Counted from the first letter of the stretch, positions 20,311 to 30,740 are shown. The stretch: 64,000 nucleotides of DNA from Candidatus Hydrogenedentota bacterium (GCA_963745075.1 CAVUWV010000015.1:96001-160000), one strand, 5' to 3'. Made by a program: numbers and translations. The notes: generated by a model from the sequence alone, not told the origin.

Positions 20311-20406
20311 TTAGTTGGGCTGAACGAACAGCAAATCGGGCAGACCAAGGCCGGCACCGACGAACGCCCACAGGAACCACCAGAACAACCACAAGAGGAA
20401 AAACAT
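20311..20406 (-). CDS. 31-aa Trp/Phe-rich hydrophobic peptide
   Basis: MFFLLWLFWWFLWAFVGAGLGLPDLLFVQPN; SD AAAGGAGGT; own promoter and terminator. Confidence 0.75.
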   Translation of the reverse strand: MFFLLWLFWWFLWAFVGAGLGLPDLLFVQPN

Positions 20407-20467
20407 AGCAGGAGACCTCCTTTCTCGTTACCCTTTTCTTACCCCCGACGGACCAGAGGCTAGCCGG

Positions 20468-20496
20468 AGTCTAGCATAGCGGTTTAGGGTTGTCAA
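20468..20496 (-). promoter_or_regulatory. Sigma70 promoter of the 31-aa ORF
   Basis: TTGACA-17 bp-TAGACT with extended -10 TG. Confidence 0.75.
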
Positions 20497-20602
20497 GGAA
20501 GCGAAATCTTCGACAACCGTTTTTTGCGGAACATACGGTACACGGAGAAAATCCTCGCGGCACATGTGGTAGGTGCACGGACGGCGCCAAGCGCCGCCTG
20601 GC

Positions 20603-21181
20603 TCAGCTTACCTCAATGCCCACCCGGGCCAACACCCGCCGAAGGTCATCTGGAGTAAATGGCTTGCTCAGCGAAACCGCCGCGCCATATTCCAGGGCGC
20701 GCGCCGCCAAGTCCCGATCTTCAGGCGCCGCCATGGCAACAATACGCACGTTCGGAAGGTCGGGGAGGTCCTTAATCCGGCGGCACACATCCAGTCCGTC
20801 GACGCCCGGAAGGCGCAAATCCAGGAAAACGACATCCGGCAAGAACGAGGCCGTATGCCGGCCGGCATCAAATCCATCGAGCGCGCTTTCGACTTGGAAA
20901 TTTCCGCGCGACCGCTCCAGAAATCGGCGGACCACGGTGACAACCGAGTGCTCGCCGTCGACCACCAGTACCCGCAACCCCGCGGAGTTCAAGTCCCCGT
21001 GAATGGGGATGTTGTTTTCCCGGAGAAACTGGATCAGGTCTTCGCGGCGAATACGGCGATGGCCGCCGGGGGTCTTGAACACGTGGATTCGGCCGGCCTC
21101 TGCCCACTTGCGAATGGTGTCCGCAGTGACGTGGCAATACTTGGCTACTTCGGACGTGCTATAGGATTGCTTCATTTCCAT
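20603..21181 (-). CDS. Response regulator with N-terminal excisionase/MerR-like HTH
   Basis: YSTSEVAKYCHVTADTIRKW...KTPGGHRRI followed by a receiver domain (FLDLRLPG, SKPF). Confidence 0.9.
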   Translation of the reverse strand: MEMKQSYSTSEVAKYCHVTADTIRKWAEAGRIHVFKTPGGHRRIRREDLIQFLRENNIPIHGDLNSAGLRVLVVDGEHSVVTVVRRFLERSRGNFQVESALDGFDAGRHTASFLPDVVFLDLRLPGVDGLDVCRRIKDLPDLPNVRIVAMAAPEDRDLAARALEYGAAVSLSKPFTPDDLRRVLARVGIEVS

Positions 21182-21326
21182 AAGGTCGAAGACTGTGGTC
21201 CTGTGAAGCGCGCAAAAGCCGGATCAAATCCAACTGCTGCACTTGGCCGTCGTACACCCCCCGCGGAAGGCAGGTCAGCAAGACCCCCGGTCGTCTTCTC
21301 TCCTTCCACGAGAGCAAATAACTAGA

Positions 21327-21402
21327 TGGAGCTGGATCGGGGAGTCGAACCCCGGACCTCATCATTACGAGTGATGCGCTCTACCAACTGAGCTAATCCA
21401 GC
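21327..21402 (-). tRNA. tRNA-Thr(CGT)
   Basis: Cloverleaf GCTGGATTAGCTCAGTTGG...CT-CGT-AA...GTTCGA...CCA. Confidence 0.97.
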
Positions 21403-21410
21403 AAGAAAAA

Positions 21411-21486
<76 letters not shown>

Positions 21487-21545
21487 ACGCGCGCAAATAG
21501 CATACGCAACGTATCGGACCGAAGTCAAGCAGCGGCCCATATTCA

Positions 21546-22463
21546 CTACTCGATTCCCGCACGGCGGTCGGCAAAAATGCCGCCCTCAGACGATGTCAAC
21601 GCCGTGTTGCGAATTTGGGAAAGGACCTCGAAAATCTGCTGCGGCGTGGCCGTTTCCTTGCGATCGTGCTGCGTGATACAGAACATCACATCCAATTTCT
21701 TCTCCTCACCGTCCGCCGTAGGTTTCGGGCGCGGGCTACCCGTGGTCGCCATATACAGTTTCTCGATCTGGGCCAGCCACACTTTTCGCGCCCACCGGCT
21801 GAACGCCTGGATGCGCTTGGGCGACATAATGATCATAAAATGGCCGCCGCCCATATGGCCCACAAAGATCGATTCATCCTTGAGTTCTTCCGAGCACCGG
21901 GCAAGGGCCTTTCCCAAATGGCGGACTGCCTTCGTGCGTGCGTCCGCGCCGTACTTTCTTCCGAACTCGCGCACGTGGAGCAATTCGCAGTGGGCCAGGG
22001 CAAATCCTTCGCGCAAACTGACGCGGCGTTGAATCTCACGCTTCGTCGCGTCGGCCGCCGGTAGCGACGTGAGTTCATCTACGCCGCTGCTTCCCGCTCC
22101 GATCCGCAACAGCGCCTCGATTCGCTGCGTAAGGTTCGCAATGTCGAAGGGTTTGGCGACGTAGTCGTCCGCGCCTTGCGCCAGCCCGTGGAACACTTCC
22201 TCTTCGTTGTTCATCGCAGAAAGGAACAGGATGGGGAGCGTGTAAAAATCGGGATTGCGCCGGATTTGGCGGCAGACCTCGAAGCCGGACGTGTGCGGCA
22301 GCATAACATCCAGAACGAGAAGATCGTACTTCGCCGCCTGCAAAGTCTCCAAGACTTTTTGTCCGGACGTTTGGATGGTACAGGTATGGCCGTTCTTGAC
22401 CAGGTGATCTTGGACAAGTCGGTTCGAGCGTTCGTCGTCGTCTACAATCAGTATCTTTGCCAC
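21546..22463 (-). CDS. Response regulator with degenerate GGDEF domain
   Basis: Intact receiver (IVDDD, LDVMLP, LSA, KPF); DELTSLP; GGDEF position reads GHMGGGHF. Confidence 0.85.
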   Translation of the reverse strand: MAKILIVDDDERSNRLVQDHLVKNGHTCTIQTSGQKVLETLQAAKYDLLVLDVMLPHTSGFEVCRQIRRNPDFYTLPILFLSAMNNEEEVFHGLAQGADDYVAKPFDIANLTQRIEALLRIGAGSSGVDELTSLPAADATKREIQRRVSLREGFALAHCELLHVREFGRKYGADARTKAVRHLGKALARCSEELKDESIFVGHMGGGHFMIIMSPKRIQAFSRWARKVWLAQIEKLYMATTGSPRPKPTADGEEKKLDVMFCITQHDRKETATPQQIFEVLSQIRNTALTSSEGGIFADRRAGIE

Positions 22464-22507
22464 CCGCCTGTACCTCGTCGCGTTGCCAAAGGAAAACACC
22501 GTCAAAG

Positions 22508-22593
22508 TGGTGGGCGAGGAGGGATTCGAACCCTCAAGCCCGTTGGGGCAGCGGATTTTAAGTCCGCCGTGTATGCCATTCCACCACTCGCCC
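22508..22593 (-). tRNA. tRNA-Leu(TAA)
   Basis: GGGCGAGTGGTGGAATGG...CT-TAA-AA, long variable arm, CCA end. Confidence 0.97.
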
Positions 22594-22685
22594 TCGAGCG
22601 CGAACTAGCATGAATATCGCCCGCACCTGAAATGGGAAGCGTTCCGACCGAACCACCCACCCCACGCGGTGGTATCAAATTGTAA

Positions 22686-22761
22686 TGGAGGCGGCACCCG
22701 GACTCGAACCGGGGAATGGAGGCTTTGCAGGCCTCTGCCTTACCAACTTGGCTATGCCGCC
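22686..22761 (-). tRNA. tRNA-Cys(GCA)
   Basis: GGCGGCATAGCCAAGTTGG...CT-GCA-AA...GTTCGAGT...CCA. Confidence 0.97.
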
Positions 22762-22771
22762 ACAGAAAAGA

Positions 22772-22801
22772 ATTCTAGCCAACGAGCGCCGGGCATGTCA
22801 A
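22772..22801 (-). promoter_or_regulatory. Sigma70 promoter of tRNA-Cys/Leu
   Basis: TTGACA-18 bp-TAGAAT about 10 bp upstream of tRNA-Cys. Confidence 0.7.
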
Positions 22802-22996
22802 GGAATGTCCCCCTTCAGTCGTACGCAAGTCGGTGTGGCAACGGGATATTCGAGATCCCTTCCCGGCCGGGATGAAAGATATTATCCCGAAAAACCAGTC
22901 CCCGCGGACTCGGCTCGGGCGTGATATAGACGGCGTATTCGTAGCGCGGCCCAATGGTTACCGGAACTCCATTTTCGAAGACTGAACCGTCAGCCC

Positions 22997-25623
22997 TTAT
23001 GCCGTAGCCGTGGCTTCGACCCGCGCGTTTTCGTTGGCAAGAAACGTGTCGCGCTTGAGCACTTTTGTGGATTGCGCGTCGAGCCCGAGCAAGGGTAGCA
23101 GTTCCCGCATTCGCACGGAGCGGCCACCCACCAATTCGACTTCCAGGTCGACCACGGCCTGATGTTCGCCCGAATCAATCAGTTCCAACCGGCGAATCAT
23201 GGGGCGGATATCCACTTCGATTCGGGGCGCCGGTCGTTTCCGGCCCCGCATCTTCTTGGCTTTCCCACTCCGCTCGACGACAATCTCGGGCGCGCCCATA
23301 ATCTCCTCGATGCGCTCCTGCAACGTCACCGGATCCGCCGACGAATAGATCGTGTAGGCAAAGCCTGTCGTACACGCCATGAGCGCCGGGGCCTTGAGCG
23401 GAACCTCCTCTGCTTCAAATGCGCGAAAACCCTCCGGCAAGGTCGCGCGGATCCGTTGCAGCAACTCGTTTGGCTCGACGCGCTCCTTCAATACGACATC
23501 CATGTAATCACCCAGGGATTCCTCACCCACCGGCGGCGCCGTCGCGAAGGTCACTTTCGGATGTGCATGGAAGCCTTGTGAATACGACAGCGGCGTGCGC
23601 GCCCGCCGCAAGGTGCGCACCCACGCATTGACCAATTCCAGATGCGAAAGAAACCGCGCTTCGCCGGTCCGCCCAATACGAAAACGTACCCGTTGGACGG
23701 CTTCGGGCTCCTCGTACTTCGGCAGGGGAGTCGGCTGCCAATCCTTTTCCTCGATGCGGCCCCGCTTTTGCCGTTTGAGCATGTGCTTGCAGAGTTCCCG
23801 TTCCCGGTAGATGACCCCGCACAGGTGGCACTTGCCGGCACGGCAGTCCTGGGCGTGCTTCAATTCCATCGCGCGCTGCCAATCCTCCTGAAACCATTTC
23901 TTGGGAATCAGCATGTCGATATGGTCCCAGGGCAGTCGTTCGTCCAACGTCGCGGGCGCGAAGCGTACCATGCACGTCGTAGTTCGTCTGTTCGATGGCG
24001 TCCAGCCAAGCCTGGAAATTGAGATGCTCGCCCCAAGACTCCAGCCGTGCGCCGTTGCGCCACGCCGCTTCCAGGAGGTCCGCTCCGCGCCGGTCCGCCC
24101 GGGTCAGCAGGCCCTCGATAAATGTGATTTCGGGCTCGTGTTTACCAAACTTGATTCCGCCGTTGCCTTTGAAGCCTTTCTCCAAAATGCCTTGCCGGCG
24201 ATAGGCCTCCTCCAATGAGATTTGTTCCGCCCATTGGAATGGCGTGAAGGGCTTCGGAACGAAAGTGGACACGCCGGTATTGACCTTCGCCCGCGGGCGT
24301 GATGCTGCGCCCCAATTTCAGCGTGCGCAGGCACAGATCGACGATGGCCTCGACGTCTTCGTCGCGTTCTGTCGGCAGGCCAATCATGAAATAGGTCTTC
24401 ACATGGCCCCAGCCGCGCCGGAAGGCCTCCGAGGACATGTTTAGCAGATCCTCATCGGGGATCCATTTGTTGATGACCGCCCGCAACCGCGGCGTAGCCG
24501 CCTCCGGGGCGAAAGTCAGTCCACTGCGACGGACTCCCGCGACCATGTCCGCGAGTTCCACTGAAAAGGAATCGAGCCGGAGGGACGGCAACGAGACACT
24601 GACGTTGTTTTGCGCGGCGCGTTTCGCGGCCTGCTCGACCAGCATGCGCGGCCGAGAGAAATCGCAGGTCGACAACGACACCAGGGACACCTCTTCGTAA
24701 CCCGTGGCGTCAAGCGTGCGCTCCATCAGTTCATCGACCTTTTCCAGGGACCGTTCGCGTACCGGTCGCGTCACCATGCCCGCCTGGCAGAAGCGGCATC
24801 CCTGGGTGCAGCCTCGCAACACCTCGAGGCCAACTCGGTCATGGACCTGCTGCGTGTACGGTACAATGTAATTGGTCGGAAACGTCGCGCCGTCCAGATC
24901 CTGCAGCGTACGCTTCACGATCTTCGGCGTGTCTTCTTTGGGGAGAATGCGTCCGTCCGGCAACGTTTCGAAGGGGTACAATTCCGGCACGTAGACGCCT
25001 TCAATCTTCACCAACGCTTCCAGTTTCGTCCGGCGCGGTTCGTCTCGCACGGATCGCAACACCTCGGCGATCTCGACAATCACTTCTTCACCATCACCGA
25101 TGACGAAGAAATCCATAAACGGCGCGAGGGGTTCCGGATTGAAGACGGAAGGCCCGCCCGCCATGGTCAAGGGGTGCGATTCGTCGCGATGTTCCGTCCG
25201 CAACGGGATGCCGGCCAGATCGAGCAGATTCAGAATGTTCGTGTAGTTTAATTCGGTCTGGAGCGTGAACCCGATGAGGTCCATGGCGCCGAAGGGGTCT
25301 TTGGATTCATTCGTAAATGCCGGGAACCCCCGTTGTCGAAGGATCGCTTCCATATCCGGGGCCGGCGTGTAACCCCGCTCGCACCAGCACCACGGGAGCT
25401 TGTTGAGGATTGCGTAAAGTATCAGGATTCCGAGATTTCCCAGCCCCAAATCGTAGAGGTCAGGAAACACGAGCGCAATGCGCAGTTCGACTTCCGCCGG
25501 GTCCTTGTGCGTAGAATTCAATTCCGTACCCAGGTACCGGGACGGTTTTTCCACACTCGGCAGAACCTCGTTGTACAGCACATCCCGCAACGACACAGTC
25601 TTTCCCTGTACGGATGCCATCAT
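22997..25623 (-). CDS. TIGR03960 B12-binding radical SAM protein fused to a TIGR03936 radical-SAM-linked domain; two apparent +1 frameshifts (~24293, ~23955)
   Basis: VEKPSRYLGTELN, RGCTQGCRFC, YFMIGLP; continues in a second frame as STFVPKPFTPFQW and in a third as LPWDHID...RFLSHLE...YSQGFHAHPK. Confidence 0.85.
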
Positions 25624-25648
25624 TTCTCCCAAGTCTCTTGCAGCAGTT

Positions 25649-25671
25649 TGTAGCGCAGGCGTCCCGCCTGC
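25649..25671 (+). repeat. GTAG-type REP-like palindrome
   Basis: GTAG followed by GCAGGCG-TCC-CGCCTGC hairpin in an intergenic gap. Confidence 0.6.
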
Positions 25672-25679
25672 CATGGGGC

Positions 25680-27002
25680 CTACGTCGCGGGCGCGCTCCA
25701 CGCCGCCAACGTACCGTCGTAGTCAAAAATCTCGTGCGCATTGCCGCGCATAATCCGGTCCACCAACGCCGGCATTTCGCCGTCGGATACCCATCCCTCA
25801 GACACCAATTCGCTGACGGCCTGCGCCAGCCCCTTTCGCGCAATGGCCGCGTGTCCGGGAACCATCTCGACCGGACCATAGTCGCCGCCGAAGGTCAACA
25901 GCTTCGTGTGCGCTGCCGCCATGAGGTACTCCTTCACAAAGCGAACACCGGCGAGAGGATTGATAATCCAGGCCCAGCACATATCCACGTAGACATTGTG
26001 ATAATGCTTGGCCAGCGCAATTGCCTGGTCTTGATAAGGATATGAGATATGCATAATGACGAATCGCGCGTCCGGGTGCGCCTTGATGATGGGGCAAAGG
26101 TCGCCGTCATTCTGGCCTACCCGGTGCAGCGGCATCTGTCCCGTGCCCGCATAGTACCCCGTGTGTAACTTCACGGGCAGGTCGTATTCCACCGATTTTT
26201 CAATGCAGTAATGGAATAAATGGTCCTGGATCGCTTTCTTTTCGAATTCCGCGGAACCCTCCGGGTCCTTCAGATGGCGGGCGAAAAGCGGCGCCGCATC
26301 CTCGGCGCGTACCGGTTCATAGTCCAAACGCCGCGCGTAAGCGCTCTGATTCTTCATCGCGATGGCCTTGGGTCCGTAGGTGTCGAAGACCCAGTCAATG
26401 ACGTCATGCCAGTCCTGCAACGACCCTACCTCGCGGTTCGCCTTTTTCGCGTACGGCTCGACGTTCAGGCCCGAACTCAAACCAACGAAGCTCAGGTCCT
26501 GGCACAGCAGGTCCGGCTGGTCCGTCTCGTTGAAAACCGAATCCTCGAAGCTATTCACTTGGGCGTACTCGACGTTGGCGGTTTCGCGCAGCAGCCGTTT
26601 GACGTACCCCGGTTGAATCTGGTTATGGATCAATTCCGAAATACGCCGATAATTGCCATCATTGATATCATCCTCGCCGAACATCAATCGCAACGATTCG
26701 CGCACGTTTTGCAGGTAGCCCGTATACCGGGTCCGCGCATAGACGGGGCCGATGAGTTTCCATTTTTCCGCTACGTCCGTATGCGGATCGACCATCTTGT
26801 TGCGATCGTCCGCACTGAGGCCGGCCGAAACCAAATCCGAATCGGCGTAATGATAGAAAAGGATTCCCAAGTCGCTGGGAATGGCGTGCTTATCCGGCTC
26901 CGTCAGGGTCGCCAGACGCGTTCGCTCTTCCCATAAATGCTCGTGGCTGTCGACGAACGGCGTAGTGTTGACGAGGTCGAGGATTTCCGGATGTATGGTC
27001 AT
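25680..27002 (-). CDS. Amidohydrolase family protein
   Basis: FVDSHEH, KLHTG, IMHISYP, FGGD metal-binding motifs. Confidence 0.88.
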   Translation of the reverse strand: MTIHPEILDLVNTTPFVDSHEHLWEERTRLATLTEPDKHAIPSDLGILFYHYADSDLVSAGLSADDRNKMVDPHTDVAEKWKLIGPVYARTRYTGYLQNVRESLRLMFGEDDINDGNYRRISELIHNQIQPGYVKRLLRETANVEYAQVNSFEDSVFNETDQPDLLCQDLSFVGLSSGLNVEPYAKKANREVGSLQDWHDVIDWVFDTYGPKAIAMKNQSAYARRLDYEPVRAEDAAPLFARHLKDPEGSAEFEKKAIQDHLFHYCIEKSVEYDLPVKLHTGYYAGTGQMPLHRVGQNDGDLCPIIKAHPDARFVIMHISYPYQDQAIALAKHYHNVYVDMCWAWIINPLAGVRFVKEYLMAAAHTKLLTFGGDYGPVEMVPGHAAIARKGLAQAVSELVSEGWVSDGEMPALVDRIMRGNAHEIFDYDGTLAAWSAPAT

Positions 27003-27105
27003 GACAACAAGCTCCACGTAAGACATTCAATGTCTTGCAGTCCAATAGGATAGCGAAATGCGGGCGTGGAGGCAAGCGGAGGGGGGGGCTGATCGGGATA
27101 GTTCG

Positions 27106-27136
27106 GATCGGACCGATCACTCCGATCGGTCCGATC
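27106..27136. repeat. Palindrome built of 9-mer units, related to 586-622
   Basis: GATCGGACCGATC-ACTCC-GATCGGTCCGATC. Confidence 0.6.
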
Positions 27137-27148
27137 TGTTGTGCATAC

Positions 27149-27186
27149 AAAAAAAGCGCCGGGGTCCCCGATGAAGCCCCGGCGCG
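27149..27186 (-). terminator. Intrinsic terminator after the FKBP gene
   Basis: GCGCCGGGG...CCCCGGCGC stem with a T7 tract on the minus strand. Confidence 0.8.
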
Positions 27187-27207
27187 ATGTTTTGCTCCTG
27201 GACCTTA

Positions 27208-27960
27208 CTATTTCGGAATCGCGATGCTGTTGTCTTTGACGATGTTGAGCAGCTCGATGTCAAAGATCAAGGTAGCGTTTGGCGGAATCTGTCCGTTACC
27301 CGCACCCCGTTCGCCATAGGCCAGATCGGCCGGAATGAACAGCTTCCACTTGTCCCCGACGTGCATCATCTGCAGGGCCTCGGTCCAGCCGGGGATGACA
27401 CCGTTCACGGGGAATTCCGCAGGTTCGCCACGGTCGTACGAACTGTCGAATACCGTTCCGTCGATAAGGGTCCCGCGGTAGTGCGTCCGAACAACGTCCG
27501 TCGCCTTGGGCACTTCGCCGTCACCCGTCTTCTCGACGATGTACTGCAAGCCGCTGTCCGTCGTCTTCACGCCCGGTTTGTTGGCGTTCTCGGCAAGGAA
27601 TTTTGCCCCTTCGGCGCCGGCTTTTTCACCGGCCGCGGCGCGTTCGGCCTGCATTTTTTCCATCATCTTCTGCTGGAAGGTTTGCATGACCATCTTCATT
27701 TCGTCGGCGCTCAAGGCAAATTCGCGCCCGGCGCGGGCATCTTCGATTCCGCGAATGAAGGTTTTCATATCAATGTCCAGCCCGTCGCCTTTCATGCTGG
27801 TGCCGACTTGCGTGCCGATCGTATACGACAGTTTCTGCGCATCGGTATTCAGCGCGATCGGGTCCGGGGCGGCTTCGTCTTTCTTCTCTTCCGCGGCGAA
27901 ACCAACGAAAGGCGCCAGAGTGACTGCGACAAGCATCGCAAGTACGAGAGTCTTTTTCAC
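27208..27960 (-). CDS. fkpA: FKBP-type peptidyl-prolyl isomerase (FkpA/Mip-like), exported
   Basis: Signal peptide, LSYTIG, TDSGLQY, HYRGTLIDGTVFDSSYDRG, VIPGWTEAL, IPPNATLIFDIEL. Confidence 0.93.
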   Translation of the reverse strand: MKKTLVLAMLVAVTLAPFVGFAAEEKKDEAAPDPIALNTDAQKLSYTIGTQVGTSMKGDGLDIDMKTFIRGIEDARAGREFALSADEMKMVMQTFQQKMMEKMQAERAAAGEKAGAEGAKFLAENANKPGVKTTDSGLQYIVEKTGDGEVPKATDVVRTHYRGTLIDGTVFDSSYDRGEPAEFPVNGVIPGWTEALQMMHVGDKWKLFIPADLAYGERGAGNGQIPPNATLIFDIELLNIVKDNSIAIPK

Positions 27961-28095
27961 GTTTTGCTCCTTATGGGGTTATTTCTTGCGCGCTTCAGTC
28001 TCGCGACCGTATTGGGGGCGCGGACGCGCGAAGCGCTTATTGTACACGGAAACGGGTGGTCACTTCCGCAAATTTCTGCTGCAAAGGTTTCCTGG

Positions 28096-28467
28096 TCACA
28101 AGCCTCGGAGGAACTGCTCGACGGCCGCACAATGATCGCCTTGGATTTCCACCTCGCCATCTCGAAACACACCGCCCGCGCCGCAACGCTTTTTCAGCGT
28201 CCGCAGCAGTTCCTGCGCGTCCCCCGTGACGTTACGTATAACCGTCACAGTCTTGCCTTTGGCTCGTTTCTCCACGAAGATAGGCAGGCCCCCCTTGCGA
28301 GTTTTTGTGATCTGAAACGGCAACTCCGATGGGGCGGGTTGCATCCGGTCGGTGGAACTCGCGGTCGGCGGCTTCGAGTCCGTGGCCGCACGTTCCGCCA
28401 GCGAAGCGAAAGGATTGTCAGTCAACGGCTTAACGTCGCCCGAGCGGTCAATTCGTTTCTTGCTCAA
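28096..28467 (-). CDS. yciH: Translation initiation factor SUI1/YciH
   Basis: KRAKGKTVTVI, LKKRCGAGG, EIQGDH. Confidence 0.9.
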   Translation of the reverse strand: MSKKRIDRSGDVKPLTDNPFASLAERAATDSKPPTASSTDRMQPAPSELPFQITKTRKGGLPIFVEKRAKGKTVTVIRNVTGDAQELLRTLKKRCGAGGVFRDGEVEIQGDHCAAVEQFLRGL

Positions 28468-29476
28468 ATTCTACTCCGGTCAGATTCTTCAAGGGAATTG
28501 GACCAGCCGCGCCTGATTTCGGTGCCAAAACACTCGCGATTTCGTTGAGAAACAATCTCCGAAGGGCATCGTACCCGCGATGGTTCGGGTCTTCAAGGTT
28601 GGAGAAATACCAATAGTGCGGGTCATCGGGGTGGTAATGCTCGCGCCACCACTGGACACAATAGACGCCATGCCCGAGGAACGGTACCCGGATATCCACG
28701 AGGTGCACGTTGTCGTGGCGCTCGGCGACATCCGCGATGACCGTGTTATACGCGCTGTGAATGGCCAGCAAGTCCTCCCAGGATGGAAGACCGGCGGCCC
28801 TCGGGTTGCCAATACCATCCGAGGGATCGTAGATGTTTGCCAGGAAGATGTGGCACCCGCCGGGGAAGACCGACGTGACTTTCGCGAGCGTCATATCGAG
28901 CCGAGTCCGGAAGTTTTCGATCCACGGCTGCGCCTCCTCGAGGCGCGCCCCGTACATCGCGCCTTCCTGCGGTTCACCCTTTCCGTACCAATGAATGAGG
29001 TCGTTGCCGCCGGTCGTCATGACGACGATCCCAAGCGTATCTTCCGGGAACGGTTTCAGGTTGGACACTTGATCGTCCCAATGCTGAAGCGAGGTAGAGC
29101 CTGACACGGAAATGTTCATCGGCGTGAGATTGGGCAGAACCGCGCTGAGACAAATGCCCTTCATGCGGTCAAACTCGTCTTTTGGGTTCTTCACGAGGCG
29201 CTCGAAATACGAGTATCCGCGATCCGCGCCGAATCCGGCCGTGACACTGTCACCGATGCCAAGCAAGACGGCCGGCCGATCCGTCCAAACTCGTTGAAAT
29301 GGTTCGCGGGGGACGGGCGGCCCCGCGGGTCCAGACCCCACCGGCGGCGGGAGCCAGAACCGGAAGGTCGCGAAATACCGGAGATACCCGAGCGTGCCGG
29401 CCATAAAGACGACACCCGCGAGCAGGAGAATGATGAGCCGCCGGCCGCGATGGATTGGGGACGCTGTCTCGTTCAT
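28448..29476 (-). CDS. SGNH/GDSL hydrolase, membrane-anchored
   Basis: IGDSVTAG, GGNDL, NIYDP; block V reads EDPN instead of the usual xHPN. Confidence 0.85.
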   Translation of the reverse strand: MNETASPIHRGRRLIILLLAGVVFMAGTLGYLRYFATFRFWLPPPVGSGPAGPPVPREPFQRVWTDRPAVLLGIGDSVTAGFGADRGYSYFERLVKNPKDEFDRMKGICLSAVLPNLTPMNISVSGSTSLQHWDDQVSNLKPFPEDTLGIVVMTTGGNDLIHWYGKGEPQEGAMYGARLEEAQPWIENFRTRLDMTLAKVTSVFPGGCHIFLANIYDPSDGIGNPRAAGLPSWEDLLAIHSAYNTVIADVAERHDNVHLVDIRVPFLGHGVYCVQWWREHYHPDDPHYWYFSNLEDPNHRGYDALRRLFLNEIASVLAPKSGAAGPIPLKNLTGVEFEQETN

Positions 29477-29493
29477 AGGTCGATCTCCTGCTT

Positions 29494-29527
29494 TCGATTA
29501 CGATTACGAGCACGATTACGATTACGA
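29494..29527. repeat. Hexamer tandem repeat (CGATTA/CGAGCA)
   Basis: TTCGATTACGATTACGAGCACGATTACGATTACG. Confidence 0.7.
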
Positions 29528-29901
29528 ATCGAGATCGGATTACCCTCAAATGCTCGGTTTCTCTGGGTGCGATCAGGATACACCCTCAAATTTTCCCTTG
29601 GCGAATCGGGTATGCATGGGGTAAGGTATATTCAGTGAATGACACGTGGCGGCAAAGAGACTCATTGGGGAGTCGTCGGGATACGCCGGCGTCGTCGGAA
29701 AGGAGGTGGTCCATCTATGAGTAGTCCGAGTACGAATCCTGACGCCATAGTTGGACATGCCGTAGGTATGACCAAAATGGAGATTCTTGTCAAGGAGATC
29801 CTTTCGTAACTGTGGCGTTAGGAGCTACAGCGGACTGTATCTAGCACGGGGCGGCGTCCAACGGATGCCGCCCCGCGTTCCTGTTGCGGGGGGGCCGTAT
29901 C

Positions 29902-30588
29902 ATGGGGAATGGGGATCGGAGTTACCAAATTCGCCGGGCCGTGGCACGCCCGGGATTGGACGGGGATTGGGACAGCGAGGTGTGGATGAACGCCGCGACG
30001 GCCCACATCAATCTGTTCCGTTCCGAAGGCAGCGACCATCACCCGGACGCTCGCGCCCGTGTGTTGTATGACGACGAGGGGTTGTACCTCATCTTTCGAG
30101 TCTACGACCGCTACGTTCGTTGCTTGACGACCGAGTACCAGGGGCCCGTGTACCAAGACGCTTGCGTCGAGTTTTTTGTCCAGCCTCATCCCGGTAAGGG
30201 GTATTTCAATTTTGAGATGAACTGCGGTGGCGTGCTGCTGCTGAAGTATATCGAGGACGCGACGCGCACCGACGGCGGCTTCGCGAAGTCTGTAGACGTG
30301 CCAGTGGACCTCGGATCGGACGTGGTCGCGTACCATTCGCTAAACGCGCCGATCGAACCGGAACTCGAGAACCCCCTCGAATGGCGCGTCGAGTATGCGA
30401 TCCCGTTCAGCCTCTTCGAGCATTACGTGGGTCCCTTGGGGGAGGTCGCGGGCCAGGCGTGGCGCGGCAACTTCTACAAGTGCGCGGAGAACAATTCGCA
30501 CCCCCACTGGGGGTCCTGGGCGCCCGTCGGGCGAGAGCTGAACTTCCACGTTCCGGAGCGCTTTGCCCCACTGCGGTTTGGGATGTAG
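29902..30588 (+). CDS. CBM9-like (DOMON-like) carbohydrate-binding family protein
   Basis: LYDDEGLY, VYQDACVEFF, YFNFEMN, WRGNFYKC, NFHVPERF. Confidence 0.85.
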   Translation: MGNGDRSYQIRRAVARPGLDGDWDSEVWMNAATAHINLFRSEGSDHHPDARARVLYDDEGLYLIFRVYDRYVRCLTTEYQGPVYQDACVEFFVQPHPGKGYFNFEMNCGGVLLLKYIEDATRTDGGFAKSVDVPVDLGSDVVAYHSLNAPIEPELENPLEWRVEYAIPFSLFEHYVGPLGEVAGQAWRGNFYKCAENNSHPHWGSWAPVGRELNFHVPERFAPLRFGM

Positions 30589-30715
30589 CACGGGGATAAA
30601 GAAGGCAGCCTGCTGGCTTGCGGAGTAGTCAGGAGTCAGTCTTCCTCTCGGCGGTTCTCAAATTTGCCAAGTCCTCCGATGGAATGGCGGAAACCTCGCA
30701 CCGTTCTGTGACGCG

Positions 30716-30740
30716 TGTGGCACGGCCGCCCTCGGCTGTG
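30716..30740 (+). repeat. GTRG-type REP-like palindrome
   Basis: GTGG-CACGGCCG-CCCT-CGGCTGTG between convergent genes. Confidence 0.55.

Noticed and set aside
20311..20406. Trp attenuator leader peptide
   Set aside because: No same-strand gene follows the terminator; the unit converges on lutB.
25624..25701. N-terminal extension of the radical SAM ORF (MERARDVGPMAGGTPALQ)
   Set aside because: It is the translation of an intergenic REP palindrome; the RBS supports a start at 25620-25623.
29573..29758. 61-aa ORF in the SGNH/CBM9 intergenic region
   Set aside because: No RBS, no recognisable composition or motif.
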